A stretch of DNA of 46,186 nucleotides from the IMG/VR virus record IMGVR_UViG_3300027909_000035, one strand, 5' to 3'. Origin of the DNA: a virus. Shown piece after piece: positions 26,761 through 35,085 of the stretch (position 1 is its first letter; every line of letters starts with the position of its first letter). A program made the translations under genes and the position numbers. The notes beneath the pieces are model-generated. The model made no database searches and was not told the origin of the DNA. It worked only from the letters and a program-made list of their open reading frames with translations.

Positions 26761-26860
26761 GGGGAAGTAGCTCAGTGGTAGAGCAGATATGACCTGGTGC
26801 CCATATCGTCAAGGTTTTTGGGAAGGGACCTTGAGCTAGGTTCGATTCCTAGCTTCCCCA
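26761..26860 (+). tRNA. tRNA-like element with an aberrant, expanded anticodon/variable region (isotype undetermined)
   Basis: Perfect 7-bp acceptor stem GGGGAAG/CTTCCCC, D arm GCTC-AGTGGTA-GAGC, T arm CTAGG-TTCGATT-CCTAG, discriminator A. The 50 nt in between form two hairpins (GATATG/CATATC with a 10-nt loop; TCAAGGT/ACCTTGA with a 12-nt loop). Confidence 0.5.
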
Positions 26861-26893
26861 CTCATTAATTGATTCGAGAGGATAAACCCCAAG

Positions 26894-27676
26894 ATGAGTA
26901 AAAGGATTTCATGCCGTACCCACCACGGCGGAGTGTTCACGGTTACTGCCAAGCGTGGCAGGCCACCAGTTCGTTGTACTGAGGAAAACCCTTGCACAGC
27001 TTCAGGCGCACGCAAGCCGACCCGCGAAGAGGTTTCCGCCAAGGTGCTTGCAGCGAATGAGAAAGCTAGGAAACGGCAGGCCAAGCCAACTAAAAAGGAT
27101 TTAGCCGCTGAGCGCGCCCTTCTGGAAGCCAAGGATAACGCCTCTAGGACTGAGCAGAAGGTGAAGGGTGCCCCTACCCCTCAGGAAGGCATGAACGGCC
27201 GTCAGCTTTCACTACAGCAGGCGCAGAAGGCCAAAGCTCAGCTTGTCGAGCAAGGCTGGGAGGTCAAGGGTGAAGCGAAGGGGGACACGGTCACCGTTAC
27301 CGGCCATCGTGGTGAGGAATTGATTTGCCTGACCTGGCGTGAAGGGGTGTTGGTCAGCCAGGAATATTCCCTCTGGTCCGTTGACAAGGCTTCCCGTAAC
27401 GGCATGGTCCCGCCTCACAGCCTGCCGTTTGATCCTGAATGGGTTTCCGACAGAGAGCTTGCCGCTCATATCGTCGGCAACAAAATCACTTGGTGGAATC
27501 GGATTTCCGGCAAAGAAGAGCATGGAACCTGTGGAAAAGATACCGTTGCCATAGAGCATCGCTTCGATGGTGCCGGACATGAGATCCCCTCTGAGCGGCT
27601 GATTAAATTCAACATGGACGGTACGGGAAATATGCGCCTGGTGCAGCTAGGCCAACTTCTCAAGATTGGAAAGTGA
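26894..27676 (+). CDS. Hypothetical protein (260 aa) with an N-terminal AT-hook-like KRGRPP motif
   Basis: ORF track. First gene of the replication block. Basic N-terminal third. Confidence 0.7.
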   Translation: MSKRISCRTHHGGVFTVTAKRGRPPVRCTEENPCTASGARKPTREEVSAKVLAANEKARKRQAKPTKKDLAAERALLEAKDNASRTEQKVKGAPTPQEGMNGRQLSLQQAQKAKAQLVEQGWEVKGEAKGDTVTVTGHRGEELICLTWREGVLVSQEYSLWSVDKASRNGMVPPHSLPFDPEWVSDRELAAHIVGNKITWWNRISGKEEHGTCGKDTVAIEHRFDGAGHEIPSERLIKFNMDGTGNMRLVQLGQLLKIGK

Positions 27677-27677
27677 C

Positions 27678-27794
27678 ATGTGGAAGCTGATTAACGCCAA
27701 CGTGAAGGCAGCGCGGTACGTGCTGAACACCGTCCTGCTGACTGGCCTGCTTTACGCGATCATTGCCACCCTTCCGGCACAGGTCGATTTCTAG
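27678..27794 (+). CDS. Hydrophobic micro-protein (38 aa)
   Basis: MWKLINANVKAARYVLNTVLLTGLLYAIIATLPAQVDF. Fills the gap exactly between the neighbouring genes; TAG is followed directly by ATG 27795. Confidence 0.35.
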   Translation: MWKLINANVKAARYVLNTVLLTGLLYAIIATLPAQVDF

Positions 27795-29726
27795 ATGACT
27801 CCAATACATATCGAGAAAAAAGGTAAGCGGATCGTCCTCAAAACGGATGGTCCGCTTCCTGGTATTCGCTCCGCGATACCTGGTGCTTATGAGTCGGCCA
27901 CAGGGCAATGGACTGTGCCCCTGAACTATGAGACATGCAAACTACTTCAAGCCAAATACAAAAAGCGTTTGCGTGTCGGCATGGAGTTACGCCGTTGGGC
28001 AACTGGTGTCCGCAACTCTCGGGACTCCATGTCCACCTTGGCTGCCTCTAAAAATGCCAAGCTCGATCACGTAAAGGATGAGGCACCCGTTCTCTTCAGA
28101 CTCATGAAGCAACGCAAGTATCAGAAGGTTGGCGCGCGTTTCGTTGCCGACAATCCCGCTACCGGTATTTTCGATGAGCCTGGTTTGGGCAAGACGTTGA
28201 TAGCCATCGGCGGAATTATCGAGGCGCAAATACCCGGACCCTACGTAGTCATTGCCCCTAAGACAGCCGCTAAGCCTGTCTGGCAGCGTGAAATCCGTCG
28301 GCTACTTCCTAGGTGGCACAAGCCGGTTACGTTCCCTGACGGATGGTCTCAACGGGATTGGAAGCTACGCCGGACAGTGATGGACGAACACACATGGATA
28401 ATCGTTCACCCGGAAATGGTCATGGTCCGGACCATGCTTATCTGCCATCGTTGCGGTAAGAGTTGCCAGCTAACCAATAAGACGAAACGCAAGTTGGCAT
28501 GCAACCACAAGAAGGATCGAAAAACCAAAAAGATTGACGTACCAACCTTCAAGCGGCTGTTCGAGATCGATTGGGGTGCAGTCATTATCGATGAATCCCA
28601 TGACAGCCTCATTCACAGAGGGAGCATCCCGACATTACGCCGCAACGGAATGGACAAGCTCAGACTTCGATCGGACGGTATCAAGCTGGCCATGTCCGGC
28701 ACGCCCATGAACAGCATGCCTCATCACCTGTGGGGTACGCTCAACTGGCTCGACCCTATTGCATATCCGGCGTTCCACCGTTGGGCGGAACTGTTCTGGA
28801 AAAAGGGTGGCTACACAGGTTGGGCTATAGGGGATTTCATCAAGGAACGTGAGCCTTTGCTATGGGACTCTTTAGCTTCCATTTCCCTTCGGCGGACGAA
28901 GCTTGAAGTTGCAAAAGATTTGCCACCCAAGATGGAAATAGGCACGCCACTCGACCCCCACGACGAAGACAGCCCAATAGGTATTTGGCTTGAGATGGAA
29001 GGGAAGCAAGCCAAGGCATACAATCAAATGTTTGAAACCTCAGTATCAGAGCTTAAATCCGGCCGGTTGATGGCGACAACCGCACTGGCTGAACTGACCA
29101 GGCTGAAGCAATTTGCAAGCTCATACGGTAACGTCACATGGCTAGACAAGGCTGACGGCACGCGCAAACAGAAGTTCTACCCTACACTTCCATCCAATAA
29201 ATTCCGTTGGGTGGTCGAGACATTGGAAGAGTGGGGGTACCCGAAAGACCCTATAGACAAAGTGGTGTTCGTCAGTTTCTATACTGGACTGCTAGAAATG
29301 TTCATGGCAGCATTGGAAAAGCATTTCAAGACCAAACCAGGTAAACCGCTATGTTCTGCAATCACGGGCAAGGTCGGCTCTTCCACCAAGCGCGCCAAGA
29401 TAATTGAACGCTTCAACAGCAGTGGCCATGAGCACCTGTTGATGCTGAATGTGAAAGCAGGCGGGACAGCAATTACAATCGACAGCGCTTCACGAACTAT
29501 TTTCCTAAGTGAGACAAGGATTCCTGACCAACAAATACAAGCAGAGGATAGGACCCACAGGGTCAGCAACCCAAGGCAATGCATGTATTACTACCTTCGT
29601 TCCCTTGGCACAGTTGACGTTGGTACCGCAATAGCTAACAAGGAACTGGCGCACGATTCATTTCGATTACTCGATGAAAGGCGGGGAGTCGAGTACCTAC
29701 GATATGTGATTGACCACAGTAAATAG
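27795..29726 (+). CDS. SNF2-family helicase/ATPase
   Basis: Motifs GLGKT, IIDESHD and AGGTAITIDSA...QAEDRTHR. Carries a Cys-rich insert CHRCGKSC...CNH. Confidence 0.85.
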   Translation: MTPIHIEKKGKRIVLKTDGPLPGIRSAIPGAYESATGQWTVPLNYETCKLLQAKYKKRLRVGMELRRWATGVRNSRDSMSTLAASKNAKLDHVKDEAPVLFRLMKQRKYQKVGARFVADNPATGIFDEPGLGKTLIAIGGIIEAQIPGPYVVIAPKTAAKPVWQREIRRLLPRWHKPVTFPDGWSQRDWKLRRTVMDEHTWIIVHPEMVMVRTMLICHRCGKSCQLTNKTKRKLACNHKKDRKTKKIDVPTFKRLFEIDWGAVIIDESHDSLIHRGSIPTLRRNGMDKLRLRSDGIKLAMSGTPMNSMPHHLWGTLNWLDPIAYPAFHRWAELFWKKGGYTGWAIGDFIKEREPLLWDSLASISLRRTKLEVAKDLPPKMEIGTPLDPHDEDSPIGIWLEMEGKQAKAYNQMFETSVSELKSGRLMATTALAELTRLKQFASSYGNVTWLDKADGTRKQKFYPTLPSNKFRWVVETLEEWGYPKDPIDKVVFVSFYTGLLEMFMAALEKHFKTKPGKPLCSAITGKVGSSTKRAKIIERFNSSGHEHLLMLNVKAGGTAITIDSASRTIFLSETRIPDQQIQAEDRTHRVSNPRQCMYYYLRSLGTVDVGTAIANKELAHDSFRLLDERRGVEYLRYVIDHSK

Positions 29727-29817
29727 CACCAGGTAAACACCATGTTGACAGCAATTCGGGCAGCCTGTAGCGTCGTTGCCCACCTGCACCAAACCGATTT
29801 TAGGAGGATGTACCCCG

Positions 29818-30528
29818 ATGGCGAAGACAAACCCCAAGGCAAGTAAAAAGCCGAAGCGTGACCCGAAACTCACTGCCCTGGCGGACAAGGAAGCCACTCA
29901 GTATCAGAAGTGGTTTGCCCGCTGGATCACTACGGAGGTTGGCTACGATCCAGCTTCGGCGGACTCGAAGAAGGCAGCCTTCCTGGCGGGTATCCGGTTG
30001 GCGCTCACGAGCCGGTCGGCCTTCATGGAAAGTGATTTCCTTGAGGAAATGCGGGAGAAGCACGGCGTTCAGAAGCGCGGTCCCAAGCCCAAGGCCAAGG
30101 ATGAGGACGACGCACCCAAGGGGAAGAAGTCGAAAAAGAAGAAGTCCAAGGATGAGGACGACGAAGAGGAAGACTTCGAAGAGGATGAGGACGAAGACTT
30201 CGAAGAGGATGATGAGGAAGAGGACGACGAAGACACAGAAGACGATGACGAGGAAGAGGACGAAGAGGAAGACGACGAAGACGAGGACGACGAAGAAGAA
30301 GAGGATGACGAGGAAGAGGACGACGAAGAGCCTGCCCCGCCTAAGAAATCCAAGGGAAAGAAGGCTGTAGCGAAGAAAGCTCCGGCCAAGAAACCCGCAA
30401 AGAAGGCTGACAAGCCTGTCAAGAAAGCCGCACCAGCAAAGAAGGCAACTTCCAAAGGGAAGAAGGCTGACACAGCCAAGAAAGGCAAGAAAAAGCCGAA
30501 GGAAGACGACGACGATTTCGTTTTCTGA
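29818..30528 (+). CDS. Poly-acidic / poly-lysine protein with an SSB-tip-like C-terminus (236 aa)
   Basis: AGGAGG RBS 10 nt upstream. A ~60-residue run of almost pure D/E (30151..30330) is flanked by K-rich segments (PAKK/AKKA repeats). The protein ends ...EDDDDFVF. Confidence 0.8.
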   Translation: MAKTNPKASKKPKRDPKLTALADKEATQYQKWFARWITTEVGYDPASADSKKAAFLAGIRLALTSRSAFMESDFLEEMREKHGVQKRGPKPKAKDEDDAPKGKKSKKKKSKDEDDEEEDFEEDEDEDFEEDDEEEDDEDTEDDDEEEDEEEDDEDEDDEEEEDDEEEDDEEPAPPKKSKGKKAVAKKAPAKKPAKKADKPVKKAAPAKKATSKGKKADTAKKGKKKPKEDDDDFVF

Positions 30529-30567
30529 GCTAACATCTAAGTTCGCAAATGTGGTAAATCAATAGCT

Positions 30568-30625
30568 CCCACGGTTGGATTAATCATCGGAAGCTTCCCC
30601 GTCTTCCTTTGGTTCCAACCGTGGG
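30568..30625 (+). other. Large stem-loop (12-bp perfect stem)
   Basis: CCCACGGTTGGA (30568..30579) pairs with TCCAACCGTGGG (30614..30625). The loop contains the palindrome GGAAGCTTCC. Confidence 0.55.
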
Positions 30626-30634
30626 TTAAATACT

Positions 30635-30696
30635 CTTGGCAGGGTTCAAGCTGGAAGGCATAGGTCCCCTACTCGCTTACCTGCCAAGGGTTTTTT
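30635..30696 (+). terminator. Stem-loop with U-tract (terminator-like)
   Basis: CTTGGCAGG (30635..30643) pairs with CCTGCCAAG (30680..30688), followed by GGTTTTTT. The loop is unusually long at 36 nt. Confidence 0.45.
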
Positions 30697-30715
30697 AGTA
30701 GAAGGAAACCCCAAG

Positions 30716-31741
30716 ATGCGCAACTCACTCCCGCTTCTTCGCAGTCACGAAATAATGGATCTCAAGCGTTGCCCCAAAAAATGGTATTGGAAATGGCGCC
30801 TAGGCTTGGTACCCAAGACTAAGTCATTCGGCGCACTCGATCTAGGCACATGGGTTCATGATGCACTGGCTCACTGGTACACAACCTCAGGAAAGAAACG
30901 CACCATGGCAGGCTTGCTATGGTGCTTCGACCATTTTGCCCTGACGGCAATAAAGCAGGCGCACGGCTCTACCCCTGACCATGTGATCGCACAAGCTCAC
31001 GAGCTTCACACACTGGGTAGAGCGATGCTCGCTGCCTACGGCAAGCACTATCGGGGGGATCGTGGCTGGGATGTGGTCGGGGCAGAGATACCCCTAGAAG
31101 TCGAAATCACGGACGAACAGGGGGAGTCCAAGGGTTTGTACCGCATGAAGCTAGATCTTGCCGTACGGGAGCGTACAACGGGCGAAATATGGATCGTCGA
31201 GCACAAGACAGCCAAGGCAATTAGAACCGATCACCTCACGATCGATGGTCAGGCACGCCCGTACGGAACGCTGGCAGAGATAGCCATGAAAAGGTTGGGG
31301 ATCATCGAGCGCAAGGAATTCATTTCCGGAATCCTCTACAACTTCATTCGGAAGGCGATGCCTGATATTCGGGATGTTGATGCAAAGGGCTTGGCGCTCA
31401 ACAAAGACGGCACAGTCTCCAAGCGCCAACCATCCGCCATGTTCCTCCGCCATCGGGTGACCCTCACCAGGCGTGCCAAAGTAGTTGCCCTCAAACGGAT
31501 TCGCCATGATGTGATGACCCTCACAGACCTACGCGAGCAAGTGATATATCAGAAGGGATTTGCCGACACGTTGTCAAAAACCCCTCACTGGTCGTGCCCG
31601 AAGTTCTGTGACTTCTTCACGATGTGCGAGCTTGAGGAACAGGGCGGGAATATCACACAGCTAAGGCGGGGTACGTTCATCAAGCAGAACCCTTACGACT
31701 ATGAAACAACCGATGAGGCAATGACTTTTGAGATGGGGTAA
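30716..31741 (+). CDS. PD-(D/E)XK exonuclease, Cas4/RecB-like, with Cys cluster
   Basis: D...EIWIVEHKT core. One N-terminal Cys (LKRCPKKWYW) plus C-terminal CPKFCDFFTMC, as in Cas4/AddB Fe-S nucleases. Confidence 0.75.
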   Translation: MRNSLPLLRSHEIMDLKRCPKKWYWKWRLGLVPKTKSFGALDLGTWVHDALAHWYTTSGKKRTMAGLLWCFDHFALTAIKQAHGSTPDHVIAQAHELHTLGRAMLAAYGKHYRGDRGWDVVGAEIPLEVEITDEQGESKGLYRMKLDLAVRERTTGEIWIVEHKTAKAIRTDHLTIDGQARPYGTLAEIAMKRLGIIERKEFISGILYNFIRKAMPDIRDVDAKGLALNKDGTVSKRQPSAMFLRHRVTLTRRAKVVALKRIRHDVMTLTDLREQVIYQKGFADTLSKTPHWSCPKFCDFFTMCELEEQGGNITQLRRGTFIKQNPYDYETTDEAMTFEMG

Positions 31742-31745
31742 TGCC

Positions 31746-31856
31746 ATGGGATGGAGGCGCGCAAGCATTAGACTATTGCTTATCACGGGCGCAGTCATAG
31801 TTGCATTCGTTGCATATGTATGCGCCACAACAGGAGTACCAATTCCAGCACTATAG
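31746..31856 (+). CDS. Hydrophobic micro-protein (36 aa)
   Basis: MGWRRASIRLLLITGAVIVAFVAYVCATTGVPIPAL. Fills the intergenic gap. Confidence 0.3.
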   Translation: MGWRRASIRLLLITGAVIVAFVAYVCATTGVPIPAL

Positions 31857-31866
31857 GAGGAAGGCA

Positions 31867-32250
31867 ATGTCTACTGACGAAGCACCAGACACATTGGACG
31901 TCTTGCTCGATGTTCCGACTGACTCACTCAGAAAGGTTGCATCTTGGATGGCCAATGAAGCCAGGGTATTGCGTCGAAACACAGGAAACATACTTAACGC
32001 CTCAGCAGTATCAGTCATGCTTCAGACGATTGTAGACTCTCGTGAGCAAACGCTACGCCTCTCAGCAGAATGGGAAGTGCTTGATAGCGTTCGTGTGATC
32101 GACCCCGATGGTTGGCGCGATGAGTTTGAAGCGGACGGTAAGCACTACTCGCCTCAGCCGTGGGGGACTCCAATCAATCACATCGAGTGGCGTGCCAGGC
32201 TAGTGCGCTCCACTATGGAGCCTAGAAGGTTCGATGAGCACAGCGGGTAA
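31867..32250 (+). CDS. Hypothetical protein (127 aa)
   Basis: AGGAGG RBS. ATG 31867 within track ORF 31801..32250. Confidence 0.65.
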   Translation: MSTDEAPDTLDVLLDVPTDSLRKVASWMANEARVLRRNTGNILNASAVSVMLQTIVDSREQTLRLSAEWEVLDSVRVIDPDGWRDEFEADGKHYSPQPWGTPINHIEWRARLVRSTMEPRRFDEHSG

Positions 32251-33064
32251 GCGATCGAGACGGGTGGCAACCGAACGGACTGAAATGAGCTTGGGCGAAT
32301 TCGAGGCTGAGATATTCCGCCTTGACAGCTCATCTGAGTCGAAAAACCTATTGGTGTTCGGACGTTCCAACGCTGGTAAAACTGTACTGGCAGGCACTAT
32401 ACCAGGTAAGAATTTCTGGCTGGTAGGCGAACCTGGGTACAAGACAGCGGCGAGGGTGGCCAAGGCGAAGGGGCACGGTAGGCGCATTAGGTCAACATCA
32501 GCCGCTATGGCTTCACTTGACTGGCTCATGCACAAAAACCGTTACGAGCGTTACAACTTCATCATTGTTGATGGCTTTACTTGGATGCAAGAGCACTGGC
32601 GGTTGGGTTACACGGCTGAGGCTTTCGACATCGACTCGACCAAACGCCAGCATAGGAACCTGCCGGATAAACCCGACTACTTCAATACTCAGAACTTTGC
32701 CAAGTCTTGGATGTCCGCGTTGGTAGACATGCCAGTAAACCTGTTGGTCACTGCGCATGCTTGGAAGACGGACGAAATGGAGGTTGGCACTTACATATTC
32801 CCTGGCATACAAGGAAAGGAAACAGAGGTAGCACAGACCATCGTTGGTCTGATGGACGCAACCGGTTATTTGGAAATGAAGACGCTCAAGAGCAAAAAGA
32901 CCGGAAAGGTAAGGCACATAAGGCGCATCAACTGGCAACAGCCTGATGATCCCGACGTGCAATACTTGGTAGGGGACAAGTTCAACTGTCTAGGTCAGTA
33001 CATGGACGATCCAACGATGCCAACGATCCTCGCCAGGATCGATGAGAGCGCAAGCTCGGACTAG
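32234..33064 (+). CDS. RecA-fold ATPase, AAA_24/Sak4-like
   Basis: Walker A at FGRSNAGKT and Walker B-like FIIVDGF. Typical partner of a DUF669-type SSB downstream. Confidence 0.7.
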   Translation: MSTAGKRSRRVATERTEMSLGEFEAEIFRLDSSSESKNLLVFGRSNAGKTVLAGTIPGKNFWLVGEPGYKTAARVAKAKGHGRRIRSTSAAMASLDWLMHKNRYERYNFIIVDGFTWMQEHWRLGYTAEAFDIDSTKRQHRNLPDKPDYFNTQNFAKSWMSALVDMPVNLLVTAHAWKTDEMEVGTYIFPGIQGKETEVAQTIVGLMDATGYLEMKTLKSKKTGKVRHIRRINWQQPDDPDVQYLVGDKFNCLGQYMDDPTMPTILARIDESASSD

Positions 33065-33078
33065 GAAAGGATGCTCAC

Positions 33079-33630
33079 GTGCCTACCGTGGACTGGGGAC
33101 TCTCTAAAGGAGTCATCGACGATTACGACCGGGAAAGCCAGTACAAGCCTTACACTGGCAAGCTTCCTGACAACGGCGTTTACCAATGGAAAGTCACCAA
33201 GGCGGTTTACGTCTCTGGTGGAAAGAAGAAGAACCCTCAATTGCGTGTGTCGCTGCGCCTTGACCCGCGTGACAAGTCGGAAAAGAAGTTTTCCGGATAC
33301 ACCATGATGAAGTTCATGGTCATTGCCGACACCACACCCTTTCAATATGTTCCCTTCCTTGACGCCGTTGGCGTTACTGAAGCCGACTTCAAGAAACGCA
33401 CCAAGACAGACCAGGAAGGTAACATCAGGCGCATCGGACCGTGGGTGAACGATGGCCAGACGCTCATTCTTGGTCAGCTCCAAGACAATCGGGGTGACAA
33501 CGCCGACAAGTACCCCAAGGAAATTGGGTGGGTCGGAGCGATCGATGATGCCGAAGAAGATGATGAGGAAGACTACGAAGAAGACGATGAGGAATCCGAA
33601 GACGATGACGAAGAAGAGGACGAAGACTGA
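33079..33630 (+). CDS. Putative ssDNA-binding protein (DUF669-like) with an acidic C-terminal tail
   Basis: GTG start after AAAGGA. The C-terminal ~40 residues are almost all D/E. Position is after the AAA_24-like ATPase. Confidence 0.55.
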   Translation: MPTVDWGLSKGVIDDYDRESQYKPYTGKLPDNGVYQWKVTKAVYVSGGKKKNPQLRVSLRLDPRDKSEKKFSGYTMMKFMVIADTTPFQYVPFLDAVGVTEADFKKRTKTDQEGNIRRIGPWVNDGQTLILGQLQDNRGDNADKYPKEIGWVGAIDDAEEDDEEDYEEDDEESEDDDEEEDED

Positions 33631-33962
33631 TGGCCAAGGCAGACAAGGGAAAGCCTGAAATCGATCTCAAGACCACAGGAGAAGATCTGGCAAGCGACAT
33701 GCTGACCGGCGTTGCCGCACAAGCCGAAGAGACAGCCGCGCTCATCGACACACAACCGATCGAAGTCGATAACACGAACGAATTCGGTTTGGGTGGCCAA
33801 GCTGGCACCATCCGGCCGATTCGCTATCCGGAGTTCACTACCAGGCAACAGGCCTGGCGCTTCGCAGCGTGGCTCAAGCTCATGGCGAGGACACTTCCGG
33901 AAGAGCCACTTGATCACACATTCGAAGAGATTGAAGATGCAATAAAGAATCCGCGTTCATGA
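33630..33962 (+). CDS. Hypothetical protein (110 aa)
   Basis: ORF track. TGATG overlap with the upstream gene. Confidence 0.6.
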   Translation: MAKADKGKPEIDLKTTGEDLASDMLTGVAAQAEETAALIDTQPIEVDNTNEFGLGGQAGTIRPIRYPEFTTRQQAWRFAAWLKLMARTLPEEPLDHTFEEIEDAIKNPRS

Positions 33963-34084
33963 CACAACGGGAAGCGTACGGCGGTTGACTTGGGGTTGCT
34001 GCTTAGGAGTGGGGTACGCGAGTGAGGGGAAGTGGGTTGCCCTCTCACAAAATATTTACACATCAATGGAAATGGAGAATTGGA

Positions 34085-34534
34085 ATGCTTATCCTCTGGC
34101 TCGCGGTAGTGCTGGCACTGCTGTTCGCTTATTGGTTCCTTATCAAGATGACTCACCCTTACCAGGGCAGGCATCACTACAACCGCGTGGCAACGGTGCC
34201 ACAGACCTATCATCCAAGTGATTCGGCATGGGTAGCTGTGCCGGTCAAAAACCGTGCCTGGTGGGATGCTCGTATGACGCGCCTGAGGAAGGTTGACTTC
34301 CTAGCCTTGCCCATTCCAGAGCTTTTAGAAAGGAGCGCAGCCAAAGCAGAAGCGTTGGTGGAGGAAGCCAAATCATGGCTAGCGCGGGATTACCGATGGA
34401 TGGACATTCCTTTAGCCGAATGGCCTAAGGCATGGTTGGAAAGGCAAGCTCACGTAATTGAATTACCGGTCAAGATTGGCGGGAGTGACTTGCCGACACG
34501 AGCAAACGAAATGAATTGGAGTGTGGCAGCATGA
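34085..34534 (+). CDS. Hypothetical membrane-anchored protein (149 aa)
   Basis: GGAG RBS. N-terminal TM segment MLILWLAVVLALLFAYWFLI. Lies in track ORF 34022..34534. Confidence 0.6.
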   Translation: MLILWLAVVLALLFAYWFLIKMTHPYQGRHHYNRVATVPQTYHPSDSAWVAVPVKNRAWWDARMTRLRKVDFLALPIPELLERSAAKAEALVEEAKSWLARDYRWMDIPLAEWPKAWLERQAHVIELPVKIGGSDLPTRANEMNWSVAA

Positions 34535-35085
34535 CGACATTCGAGCAGGGACAATGGGTCCGCCTACCTAGAACGTTGGGTTACGCAGAGGGGTACATAC
34601 GACTGGTTAGCCTTGCCGCGAACATGTGCAAGGTAGTGATTCCTGGTGCAGGTGAGCTGACCTGTGACACGGACAAGCTAACGCCGATCGAGGGTCCATC
34701 GGTTCCGGATGACGCACCACAGAAGAACCCTGACGCCAGTGAGCATCCAACCATCGAACGGCGCCCGGCGGAGGTTGACTTGGTGGTGACGTACATTCGC
34801 AACATCGAGACCGGTATCGATGTCTGCTGGTGCCCTTGGACACCCATGATGGTATCGGGACGGATGGGAAGGCTACGCACTGGCGAGCATCCCCAATGTC
34901 CGGCGCACACCAAAGAGGGATACCTGTTCAGTTTCATTGACCACGTACGGCAAGCCTTTTCGGGCAAGAAACTGATAGAGGGGAAGGGAACTGGTGCTTT
35001 GAAAGACTGGCTTGAGCAGAAAGGAGCGTTGATTGAGGAATACACGACTGAGGAAGGAAAGGCCAGTGTCCGATGGGTGGAATAG
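34531..35085 (+). CDS. Hypothetical protein (184 aa)
   Basis: ATGA overlap. Lies in track ORF 34516..35085. Confidence 0.6.
   Translation: MTTFEQGQWVRLPRTLGYAEGYIRLVSLAANMCKVVIPGAGELTCDTDKLTPIEGPSVPDDAPQKNPDASEHPTIERRPAEVDLVVTYIRNIETGIDVCWCPWTPMMVSGRMGRLRTGEHPQCPAHTKEGYLFSFIDHVRQAFSGKKLIEGKGTGALKDWLEQKGALIEEYTTEEGKASVRWVE

Noticed and set aside
26761-26860. tRNA-like element as an attP / integration target remnant
   Set aside because: I recognise no integrase or recombinase gene in the window, and the genome appears linear with TIRs. An attP role is therefore unsupported.
30069-30536. 155-aa poly-serine ORF on the minus strand, and the tandem GAA/GAC/GAG repetition that could be mistaken for a repeat array or CRISPR
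   Set aside because: It is simply the antisense reading of the D/E tract (GAN codons read as NTC, giving Ser). The repetition is codon-level low complexity inside a CDS, with no repeat-spacer structure. There is no CRISPR array anywhere in the window.
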